From a virus (Duplodnaviria > Caudoviricetes): 54,038 bases of DNA. A model generated the notes under the pieces. The model had not been told where the DNA came from, ran no database searches, and worked only from the letters and a program-made list of their open reading frames with translations. Positions 36,101 through 48,100 of the stretch are shown here, piece after piece. The stretch is from the IMG/VR virus record IMGVR_UViG_3300048590_000251, positions 1 through 54,038 of that record. The stretch is one strand, 5' to 3'. The translations under genes and the position numbers were made by a program. Position 1 is the first letter of the stretch. Each line of letters begins with the position of its first letter.

Positions 36101-39100
36101 CGCCGTGGTGGACCGACGCCAGCCCCGAGGTTCGGGCGGCGATCCTCGACGCGGCAGGCCCGCAGGCCACCAGAGACGCGCGCCAGACCCACGGATGGGA
36201 AAACCTGAGCGATGCCACCCGCAGGGCGCTCCTTGACGCGCACGGCCGCCTCTATCGCGCGGGCGAGATCACCAATGTCGGCACCATCGAGGCGCCACGC
36301 TACGCGCTGGCGGGCGCGAAGCCTGACGGCAGCCCGGCCTTGCCGGACAAGGACGCCGCGCGGATCTGGAACGCCACCCCGCCAGCGCGACGCGAAGCCA
36401 TCGTTGTCGAAGCCGGATGGGTGGTGAGCTCCGGCGTGAACAAGGGCCATGCCAGCCCGGTGGGCCGCAAGATCGCGCAGCGAACATGGAAGGAGCACCC
36501 GGAGAACATCGCATCGGTGCTGAGCGCGGCGATGAACAGGCTCGGGATGCGTTCGGCTCTCGAAGACACGATTTCCGGGACCAACGCGGACACCGAATCG
36601 GCATCTCAGGAAAATCCCGCAACGACCGACCAGAGCGAACCGACGCAAACCGCCGCGTCTCCCGCTGTGCCGACCCCGGCGCAGGCCGAGGCCGGCAACT
36701 ACCGCATGAAGCACGTCAGCTTTCAGGGCCTCGACATCACCATCGAGACCGAGAAAGGCCAGGAGCGGCGCGGCAAGGACAAGGACGGCGAGGAATGGTC
36801 GGTCACGATGCCGGCCGATTATGGCTACATCAAGCGCACCGAGGGGGCCGACGGCGATCACGTCGACGCCTATCTCGGCGACATGGCCGACAGTGATTTC
36901 GTGCTGATCGTCAATCAGGTCGATGCCGACACCGGCGCCTTCGATGAACACAAGGTCATCCTCGGGGCGATGGGCCGCAATGCGGCGCTGGACATCTACC
37001 GCGGCGGGTTCTCGGATGGCCGCGCCAATGACCGGATCGGCTCTTTCACCGCGACCAACATCGCCGGGTTCAAGGCATGGCTGGCAGCGGGGCCGCACAA
37101 GGCCGCGACGCAGAATCTGGACTTCCCGTTCAAGAAGAAGGCCGCCGATACGGATCGGACTCAATCGACGCCGATCATTTCCGATGACAAGCCAGCAGCC
37201 GATCCCGACACCGCCGAACAGGCCGCGATTCGCGCCCGCATCGAGAAGGAAGAGAAGGCCAACCCGGATCCCAAGCCGGTCATCGACTTCCGCGACATGA
37301 CCCAAGGGGTCGAGGGCCTGGCGCTGATCCGCGCCCTGCGCCTCGCCGGGGATGACGCCGCAACCCGGCAGCGGACGGCGAATGAGTGGGTGCATGGGCA
37401 ATTCAAGCGCACCGGCATGGAGCATCTGGTCGTTCTCGACAGGGAGGGCAAACTGTTGGTGGCGGCCGAGGGATCGGTCAACCATGTCGGGTTCCCGAAC
37501 TGGCTGAGCAATTACGCCAAGACCAAGATGATCTCCTACAATATCCACAACCACCCCTCCAACAGGGGCCCGAGCCCGGGCGACCTGGCGGCGGCGGCCT
37601 CCGGTTTCCGACCGGTCCATATCATCGGTGCGGACAAGGCGCTGCGCGGCTACAGCCCGACCCCGACCTTCATGGAGGGAGCGCCCAAGAGCATCTTCGC
37701 CTATGATGCCATTCGGGAAATTATTGACACGATCGACGGCGCCGTCGTCGGCATCATTCAGGCCCAGATCACCAATGGCGCCGTCAAGATAGATGACGCC
37801 AACGTCCTGCACAGCCATGCTGTTGCCAGGGCGATGGCCGAGGCCGGGGCGCTGGAGATCACCGGCAATGACATGGCGGCCGAAATCGACGCCGCCGGCA
37901 TCAATCAGGGAGAGATCAATGAGCGAGTCGCAGAAATACTTGCCCCATGGCTTCGACGGACCGGACAGCCTGTCGCCAAAGTCGGAGATCAAGGCGCTGC
38001 TGAACCGGCTGAAAGCGATACCGGCACCGGACGGCGTGGTGAAGAGGCGGATACGGCAGACCGAGAAGATGCTGGGCGCGGCGACGCTCAAGGGCGGGTT
38101 CCGACCCCCGCCGCGGTAAAGCCGGCCAAGGCCGGTTCGGCTGCCGTCCAGTTGAAAAACTGGACCGGGCTGGAGGTCAACGCCTACGACGACGAGACTT
38201 CGGATGATGGCCGAAATTCCAAGGTCAAGAACGAGTGGAAGAGCGACGCCACCCGATTTGGCCGGGCCATTGCGGCGATCCTGAAAGATGCCGGGTTCAC
38301 CGCGCCGCTTCCGGGCGGCCGGGCGCAAAGGGGCAAGACACCGAAGCCGATCAACCCGGTATCGTGGAATGCCAGCGGCATCGCCGGGTCTGGTGAGGTC
38401 AGCGTTTCGCTCGACGGCCCGGATGGGTTCGGCGTCTATATCCACATGGATGCCGATGGTCGGTCCATGGGCGGGGAAAGCCCGGTCCGCATCTACTGGC
38501 GTGTTCGGAAGAACACCGACTCGCCCTACGGCGGCGAAATGAACCAGTGGGTTCAGGACAAGCAGATTGCCGCTGGCGACATCACTGACATGATCCTGAA
38601 AGCGATCGAGCGCCGGGCGGCACAGCCCGAGGCGGCAAAGCCAGAGCCGACTCCGCAGCCCATGACCGAAGACCCGAAGATCCCTCGCGGATACGAGTTG
38701 ACCTATATCAAGCGCGCGACCGGACCAGAGGCCCGAGCCAACGGCTTCACTCCGGGAGAGCCGCACAAGGCGGTCATCAGGCGCGACCAGCCCTACGGCG
38801 TCTACGATTTTGTTGGAAAGACCCGTGCGGATGCCATCGCAGGCGCTCTGAGACTGGCAATGAAGCCCGCGACCCGCCCGACGCCCCAGGTGCCGCCGAT
38901 GGCCGGAATGACCCCGATGGGGGCCAAGCCGGAGCCCGACGCGACCAAAAAGCCGTCAGATGTTGAGGCCGAACAGGCGGAGACAGATCCGGGCACTGTC
39001 CCCACTTCTTCGCAAACATCTCCCCCAACAAATGCCGATAATCCGGCGATTATCCCGATCACGGAGCCGCCGAAGAAGAGCGGCGCCCTGTCCAACCTGT

Positions 39101-42100
39101 CGCAGGCCAAGCAGGACCGGGCCGCTCTGCTGCGCGCCAGGATCGCCGACCGGCTCAAGAACCAGTTGAACACCGGCGTTGACCCGGCGCTGCTGGTCGA
39201 TGCGATCGAACTGGCCGGCATCTACATCGAATCCGGCTTCCGCAAATTCCGCGACGTGCTGAAAGCCGTCGCCGCCGACATGGGCCTGACCGAGGTCGAT
39301 GCCGAGCCGTGGGTGCGCGCCGGCTACAACGAGGCCCGCGACGGCCTCGAACTGGCGGATGAAGATGTCTCCGACATGGACGACAGCAAGGCCGTGCTGG
39401 CGCATGTCCGCGACATCAGGAAAGCCGCGAAAGAAGGTTTGGAAAAGCCGGTAGACGCACCTATATCTGACGCACCAGCCACCGAGGGTGAACCCGATGA
39501 GCCGCAGACAAGAACTGGTCGAGATGGCCGAGGAAATGAAGGCCGAGAGTCAGGCGCTGATCGACAAGGAAATCTCGGAACCGGGGAGCCGGATGGAAAC
39601 CGAGGCGATCGAGACCTGGAAGAACAACAACCCGACACTCTACCGGGTGATGAAGGAACGCGGCGCACTGGAGGCGACGGCACACGTCGTGGTCCATCGG
39701 ATACTGGAGCAGGCCAAGCGGATGACCAAAGCGGGGATGCCGCCGTCGGAAGCCCGGACGGAAGCCTACCGCGACCAGATGATGCTGGACTAGAAGCGCA
39801 AAAGCCCGACGAACCGGCATCGCCGGCGCGCTCGAACTACCGCATTGATGATCCCGAGGCTCTGGTCGGCGGAACGCCGAAGCGCCGCTTCGCGCGCAAC
39901 CGTGAAGCCATCGAAGCCTATCAGAGCATCAGGGACGAAGCCCGCGAGCCTACCCCGCAGGAACTGGATGCCATGGCATCCTATATCGGCTGGGGATCGT
40001 TCGGGCAGCAACTCTTTCAGGGAACCTGGACCCGGCCGCGGTTCGTGGACGGCTGGAAATCCGAGAACGAATGGCTGCGTCAGCACTTGGGCAAGGACGA
40101 GTGGGAAGACGCCCAGCGCAGCATCATCAATGCGCATTATACCGACCCGCCGACGGTCAGGGCAATGTGGGGCATGGTCGAGCGACTCGGCTTCAAGGGT
40201 GGCAGGGTGCTGGAGCCCTCCATGGGAATCGGCAACTTCTTCGGCATGATGCCCGCGCAACTGGCCGCCAATTCGCAGCTCACCGGAATCGAACTGGACT
40301 CGCTGACCGGCGGCATGGCGAAACTGCTCTATCCGCGCGCTGCCGTGTCCGTGATGGGCTATCAGGACAGCCGGACGCCTGACAACTTCTACGATCTCGT
40401 GATCGGCAACTGGCCCTTCGCCAATATCGAGGTGCCGGATCGGCGCTACATGAAGCTGAAGCCGAGCCTGCACGACTACTTCTTCCTCAAGGCGCTCGAC
40501 CAGGTGCGGCCCGGCGGCCTCGTGGTCGGCATCACCTCCGCCTTCACCATGGACAAGAAGGCCACCAATATCCGGGCGGCACTCGCCCGCCGCGCGGATC
40601 TTGTCGCCACCTTCCGCCTGCCAAGCGGTGCGTTCGAGAAATATGCCGGAACCAGCGTCGTCACCGACATCATCATCCTGCAAAAGCGGCAAGAGCCGAT
40701 CCTCGACATTTCCGGGGTTACGTGGGTTCGGACAGCAGAGGTGGACACCCCGGCAGGAACGCCGGTGACGGTCAACCAGACCTATGCCGACAACCCGGAT
40801 AAGGTTCTCGGCACCCTCAATTTCGGCACCGGATCGACCTATGGCGCCCCGAGCATGATCGTGGATCGACCGGCCGATCTCCTGGAGCGGCTGGAGGCGC
40901 TGCCGGCGACGCTGCCGGAAGGGGTCTACACCGCCACCCAGCGGGGCAAGGAGCCGCGGTTCATCTCAAACCACACGACCGCGCAGCAAAACAGCGTGAC
41001 CGAGGTCAAGGGTGTTCTCTACCAGGTCCAAGGCGAGCGGCTGGTCCGGTTCGAGGACGTGGCGAAATACAAGGTGAAGGACGCCAAGAAGACCGCAGCG
41101 CGCGAGGCCGAGATCATCGCCTTCATCGACATGCGCGAGAAGTTGGGCGCGGTCATCGACGCCGACCGGGCCGGCACCGAGGATGCCGACACCAAGCGCA
41201 AGGCGCTACGCAAAGCCTTCGATGCCTTCCGCAAGGCGCACGGGAATATCGCCGACTCGCTGGCGCTGTCGCTCCTGCTTCGGGCCAAAGACCCCGGCGC
41301 CCCGATGGTTCAGGCGCTGGAGGCCAAAGACGGCACGCCTGCGGCAATCCTGTCCCGGCCCACCATTCGGGCGCCCTCGACGCTGGAAAACCCCAGCATC
41401 CGTGACGCCTTCGTGATTGCGCGCAACGAGTCCGTGGCCTTCGACCTCGAACGGGTCGCAGCGCTTGCCAAGGCGAAGCCCGAAGAGGTGATCGCGGATC
41501 TGGCCGGATCCGGGGCAATTTATCGCACTCCCGGTGGCGCCTATGAGGTCGCCGATGCCTACCTGTCGGGGAACGTTCGGCAGAAGTTGCGGGAGGCAAA
41601 GGCCGCTGCCGAGGCTGGTGAGGATATGGCGGCTTCGATCTCGGCGCTGGAAAAAGTCCTGCCGCCGTTCCGGCCCTATTACGACATCGAGGCCAAACTT
41701 GGCGCGATGTGGATCCCCGATCAGGTCTATATGGACTTCCTGACCGAGAAACTCGGAATGTCGCCGATCCAGAGGCAGAACAGCGAAGTGCGCTGGTCAG
41801 CGGGCGCATGGCGGCCGCGCCTCGACCCGTCGCTCAACCACAAGCCGGAAGCGTCCTCGGTCGGTCACTCAGATGTCCGCATCGGCAGCTTCATCAGCCA
41901 CGCGATGAACAACCAGACCATCATCGTGAAATACCGGGACAACGAAGGGGAACACAAGGACGAGAAGGCGAGCGAGGAAGCCAACGCCAAGGCGGCCAAG
42001 CTGCGCGAGGACTTCTCCGAATGGGTCTGGTCCGATCCCGAGCGGCGCCACGACCTTGAACTGGCCTATAACGAGCAGATGAACGCCATCGCCACCCCGC

Positions 42101-45100
42101 AATTCGACGGGTCGTTCCTCGATTTTCAGGGCATGGCCCTGCAACGCGGCGATCAGGAGTTCAACCTGCGCCGGCACCAGGCCAATGCGATCTGGCGCGG
42201 CATCCTCAACGGGCGTGGCATCTATGCCCATGAGGTCGGCACCGGCAAGACCATCACCATGGCCGGCATCGCCGTCGAGAGCCGCCGCTACGGGAAGGCC
42301 AGAAAGCCGCTGGTCGTGGCGCATAACGCCAACTCCAAGGCTGTCGCCAACGAAATGCAGGAGACCTATCCGGGTGGGAAGTTCCTCTACATCGACAACC
42401 TGGCCCCCGGCGAAATCGAGGCCGAGATGCGCCGCATCGCCACCGACGATTGGGATGCGGTCATCATCCCGCACTCGCTGCTGGACCGGATGGCGTTGAG
42501 CCAGAAAACCCTCGAGGCTCTGGCCGCAAAGGAAATCGAGGCGCTGGAAGCCGAAGCTCTTGCCGCCGCCGCAGAGGATGGAGCCGACCTCACCCTTGAG
42601 GACATGGACGATCCGGACGCCATGAAGAAGGTTCGATCCCCGACCGCAAAGCAACTGGTCAAGGCGCGCGAGAACATCATCGCCTCGATCCAGAAGGCCG
42701 CGCTGCGCGCATCGAAAGACGGTGCCGTGCCATTCGAGGATCTTGGCATCGACATGCTGATCGTGGACGAGAGCCACGAGTTCAAGAAGCCCTCGATCGC
42801 CACGCGGATGACCGTGAAGGGCTTGAACAAGGCCACGTCGGCGCGCTCGATCCAGTTGAAATTCCTGTCGGATTATATCCGCGGCCAGAACAACGGACGC
42901 GGCGTCCACGTCTTCACTGGCACTCCGATCACCAACACCCTGACCGAAATCTACCATCAGATGCGCTATGTGATGGAAGACGTGATGGAGCAGAGCAACA
43001 TCTCGGCCTGGGACGGGTTCTTCAACACCTTCGCCGCCTCCGTGCCCGACATCGAGCTGACCTCGGCCGGCGATTACCAGAGTGTCGAGCGTCTTTCGTC
43101 CTTCGTGAACGTGCCCGAACTGCGCCGGATGGCCGGGCAATACATGGACATCGTGTTCGCCGACGACATGCCGGAAATGCAGCCACGGCGCGCGTCGAGC
43201 GGCAAGACGCTTCTCGACAGCGACCTCACCAAGGCTGACCGGGACGAATTGCGCAACGGGCGCCAGGAGAACCCCGAAGGCCGCCCCTACAAGGAGGTGA
43301 TCCACGACATCGCCGACATGGAGCCGGATCAGCGCCGCATCCTCGATCAATCCATTCGCTTCGCCAGGCAGTTTCGCGTCCTGTCGGGCAGGGATAAGAT
43401 TGACGTCATGCGCCGCGGTGGGCCTGATGCCCCGATCGTGTTCGATGCCGTGCCGTCCAGGGCCGGGCTCGATATCCGACTCCACGAGATCGACGCCGAG
43501 GACTCGCCGACCAGCAAGGCCAACCGCGCGGTGCGCAACGTCACCCAGATCTACAATGAGGACAAGCACACCACTCAGGTCATCTTCATGGACGAGGGCT
43601 ATTCGGACTCGGTAACGAGGGTGAAGAAGAAAGACGGTGAAGTCGTCAGCCGCGAGAAGGTCGAGAAGTTCAACCTTGCCAAGGATATCGTGGCAAAACT
43701 GGTGGCGGCCGGGATCCCCGAGGCTGAGATCGCCATTGTCAACAAGGATGTGTCGAAGGAACAGCGCGCCAAGATTTCCGAGCAGATGAACAACCTGCAA
43801 ACCCGCGTCGTGATCGGCCTGACCTCCACTCTTGGCGTCGGCGTGAACATGCAGAAATACCTGCGGGCCATGCACCACCTCGACGCGCCCTGGATGCCTG
43901 GCGATCTGGAGCAGCGCAACGGACGCGGCCAGCGTCAGGGCAACGAGTGGAACACGGTTCTGGAGTATCGCTATCTGACGGAAGGGCTGGACGGCCGCCG
44001 CTGGCAGGTTCTCACCATCAAGGACCGCTTCATCAAGGCATTCCTGAAAGCCGAGGATGGCGTGAGGGTGATCGAGGGCGACGCCACTGATGACGCCACC
44101 AGTATGGGCGCCGACGATCTGGCCGCAACGCTGTCCGAGGCGGCCGGCGATCCGCGCATCTTTCAGGTCAAGAAGTTGGAAAAGGACATCGAGCGCCTGC
44201 AACGGCGCGAACGGCTGCACGTCGATGGCGTCGCCGATGCCAGGCGCAAGGTCAAGAAGTTGCGCGATTCCATCCCGCGAACCGAGGATAGTGTCGCCGA
44301 CCTGGAGCGAGCGACAGAAGAAGTCGCGATGGCGCGCGAAAAGGGCTTTACCGCGACCATCGACGGAAAGACATTCGACAGTCGCGACGATGCGGCAAAA
44401 GCCATGGATGCGCTTGTCCAGCCGATCGTGGCGCGCGGGGGGCACAGCCTCTCGACAGAGTGGCGGGATATCCCGGCATCGGTGCAGGGCTTCCAGATCC
44501 AGATCAAGAGATCGAACCTGATGCGAGACGGTCAGGTCCTGGTCGATTTCCGCGTCAAATACGATGGCGTTGGCGATTATGACACCATGGGGGCGCCGAG
44601 CGTCGCATCCGCAGAGGCGGTGCTCCGCAAGATCGCGGATCGGCTGGAGAGGGCCCGCACCCAACTGGCAGAGGACCGCGCCAGTGCAGACCGCATCGAG
44701 AAAGCCGCCGCCGCTCCGTTCCAGCAAGCCGAAGCCCTGAAAAAGAAGAAGGTTCAGGTTGAAGCCCTGCTTCAGGATCTCAAGGATAATCCCGTTGCGC
44801 CGCCGTCGTGGTTGCGACAGGGCGCTCCGATCGACAGCGTGATCCACGTTGACAAAAAACCCCGCGCCGTGACCGGACATCGCTGGACCAAGGATGGGTG
44901 GTTCGTCAGCACGGAAGCGGGAGACGTTCCGTATCTCGACGCCCGAAGCGAGACGGGGGTTCCGCTCTATCAGGAACGCCCCTTCGAGCCGCCGCAGATC
45001 GAGGAAGGATCGAAGCTCCGGACCGGCGACGAGCGGGATGAAGCGGAGATGTCGGAACCGAGGCCCCCACCCGTCACATCCCTGACGGGTGATGAGCTTG

Positions 45101-48100
45101 GGATTGTGGCGGATATTCGGGAACTCGGCCGCGCCGCGGAAGGCTGGTATACGGACAACCTCATCGGGAAATCCGTGGTCAATGCCGAAACCGGCTGGGA
45201 TATCCGCTTCTCCCGTCGAGGCGCGAAGAAAATCGGCGGTCGAAAGGGTGAGTATCTCTATCGGATCGTGCCTGCCCTCGCCGAGATCGTGAGGGGCGGG
45301 CATCTGATCGGAACCGAGATAGACCGGGGCGCAGACGGCCAAACGACAAGGTGGCATCGGTTCTCGGCGGCTGTCGAACTCGCCGGGGTCATCAAGGACG
45401 TGATCATCACCGTCCGTGAGGCCCCGAACGGCAAGTTCCACTACGATCTATCCAGGGACACCAGCGACGGCGCCCGCTTCTTCCATGCCAGCCCTCCGGT
45501 ATCAGAAGCCGGTGCGAGGCAGGATGACGCGCGCGCCGCCTCACTGAATATAGATGAGGTATCTTCCTTCGGCAACGGGGCAGAGGAAATTCCTGATGCC
45601 GACATTGCCGCCATCGCGGCCGAGGTGGACAGCCTGATGCGCCGCATCGGACTCGCCGGAACGGTGCGGACCGACGTCGTGAGGGCGATCATCGACGCGG
45701 CCGGGACGGAGCGGGCCGGCGCCAGTGGACTCTACAGCCGCGGCGCTGGTCGCATCCAGATCCGGGCCGACGCGGTTGCGGGGCCGATTCCGACGTTGCG
45801 CCACGAGATCATCCATGCGCTGCGCGACGCCGCGCTCTGGGGGCGGGACTACGGCCTCTTCACCAGGGAAGAATGGCGGGCGCTGGTGCGCTCGGCGCGG
45901 GCCGACAAGGCGGCAGTCAAGGACGTTGACGCCCGCTACCCGAACCTGCCCGAGATCGGGCGCACCGAAGAACTGGTTGCCGAACTCTACCGCAAATGGG
46001 CGACAGGGGAAGTCTCGCCGGGCCTGGCGTCAACCGCCCTTGGCCGTATCCGGTCCTTCTTCATGGCGCTGGCAAATGCGCTGCGCGGCAGGGGCTTCAC
46101 TTCGACAGCCGCGATCTTTCGCGGCATCGAGCGCGGCGATATCGCCGCCAGAGCCATGCCGCGCGACGCCAGCGGGCAGTTCATCAGCCTGGCGGAAGCC
46201 GCGATGGTGGACATGTCCGCCGAACCGGAAGCCACCACCGAGACCGCGTTCGACCGCAAGGAACGCAAGTTCCTCTCGAACCTGTTGACCGATGCGATGG
46301 GCGGGCGCGGGCGCTTCAATCTGCTTGCGCTGGTTCCGGGCCGGCCACTGTTCACCGAACTCGGGCGGAAGATGCCGAGCGCGCTGACATTCCTGCGCAT
46401 CAAGGAGGAAATGGACGCGACACGGCAGGAGTGGCATGAAGCGTCCGACCGTCTGGCGACCGATTGGCGCGGGCACCTGTCCCGCGACGGTGCGGGAAAC
46501 CGCGCGATGATGGATCTCATGCACGATGCCACGATCGCCGGGCTGGACCCGTCCAAGCCTTACAAGTCCGCGGTCCGGGACGGTGATGAGCGCCTTGCGC
46601 ACGGCGACGACGAGCGGGCGGAGGCGGCGCGCGGGCGACTCATGGCAGAACCGAGGCGCCGGGCGAAATACGACCGTCTTCAAGCGAGGTTCCGGGATCT
46701 GTCTCCGGACTTCCAGCGCCTGTTCGGCGAAGTTCGCGACATGCACAAGAAGATGGGCGCCGACTTCGAACGCACCATCCTCGACAATGTGCGCAAGGCC
46801 ATGGAAATCGCCAGCGACCGGGCGCGAGAGGCTTATGACGACGAGATGCGGCGCATCCGCGACGAGGGCCTGCAAGGCGCAGAGCGGACCGAGGCCGAGA
46901 AGGAGGCGCGGAAGAAACGCGACGGCGCCCTGCGTCGCCAGCACGTCGCCAAGGCGGCGCGACTCGCATCCCTGCGCAGCATCTTCGAGACGAACAAGGT
47001 GGAGGAGCCGTATTTCCCCCTGATGCGCTTCGGAAAATACGTCGTGACCGTGCGCGATGAAGAGGGGAAGGTGATCTCCTTCTCCAAGTTCGAGAGCGAA
47101 GCCAAGCAGCAGGCTTTCGCGGCAGAGATGCGCGCGATCCGCGGGCAGACCGTCCAGATCGGAACGATGGACGACGATTTCACCGCCCGGAAGCATGTGG
47201 ACCCGAACTTCGTGGCCGATGTCGAGGAAATGATCGGAGATACCGTCGCCGATCCGGAGATCATGGACGCGATCTGGCAACGCTGGCTCGATACCCTGCC
47301 CGATATGTCGGTGCGCAAGAGCCGCATCCACCGGAAGGGGACGCCAGGCTATTCGGATGACGCCTTCCGCGCCTTCGGCTACCAGATGTTCCACGGCGCG
47401 CACCAGCTCGCGCGCCTGAAATACACCATGGACCTCGACAAGGCGGTGGAGGACGCGAAGCGCGAGGCGGCCGCATCCGACGACCCCAACCGGACGATGC
47501 TAGTCGTGTCGGAAATGGAGCGCCGCAAGGCGTTCACGATGAACCCGACCGGAAGCGCGACAGCGCAGATGTTCACCTCCGCCGCCTTCATCTACTATCT
47601 CGGGTTCACGCCCGCCGCGGCGATGGTGAACCTGACGCAGACTACAGTGGTCGGGATCCCGATCCTGTCGTCGGCTTTCGAGAAGGGCGGCGTGGCCCGC
47701 GCCAGCCGGGAACTGATGCGGGCCGCCGGCGACTTCGGTCGCGGGAAGGCGCACGCAGAACGCTCGTCGCGCCTGACCGAGGACGAGCGCGCTGCGCTGG
47801 CCGAAGCCTATCGGCGCGGCACGATCGACAAGAGCCAGGCGCACGATCTGGCCGGCGTCGGCGAAACCGGCATCGAGCCCGACTCCACGATGCTGCGCCG
47901 CATCCTGAGCGACCGGGCGGCCCATCAGTGGGTCGGGGTCCGCAAGAAGGCGATGGCCGGGATCTCCTTCATGTTCCATCACACCGAAAGGGCGAACCGA
48001 GAGATCACCTTCCTTGCCGCCTACCGGATGGCAAAGGACAACGGGTTCACCGGCGAGGCCGCGATCGACAAGGCTGGCGACGTGACGTGGAAGACGCATT

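Noticed and set aside
38960-39169. A fourth nested +1 ORF
   Set aside because: No SD and Arg/Pro-rich shadow composition; the local AT-rich patch is noted but unexplained.
35383-45441. 1127- and 1190-aa minus-strand ORFs inside the giant gene
   Set aside because: Codon-register mirror of the sense gene with no motifs, unlike the three +1 nested ORFs.
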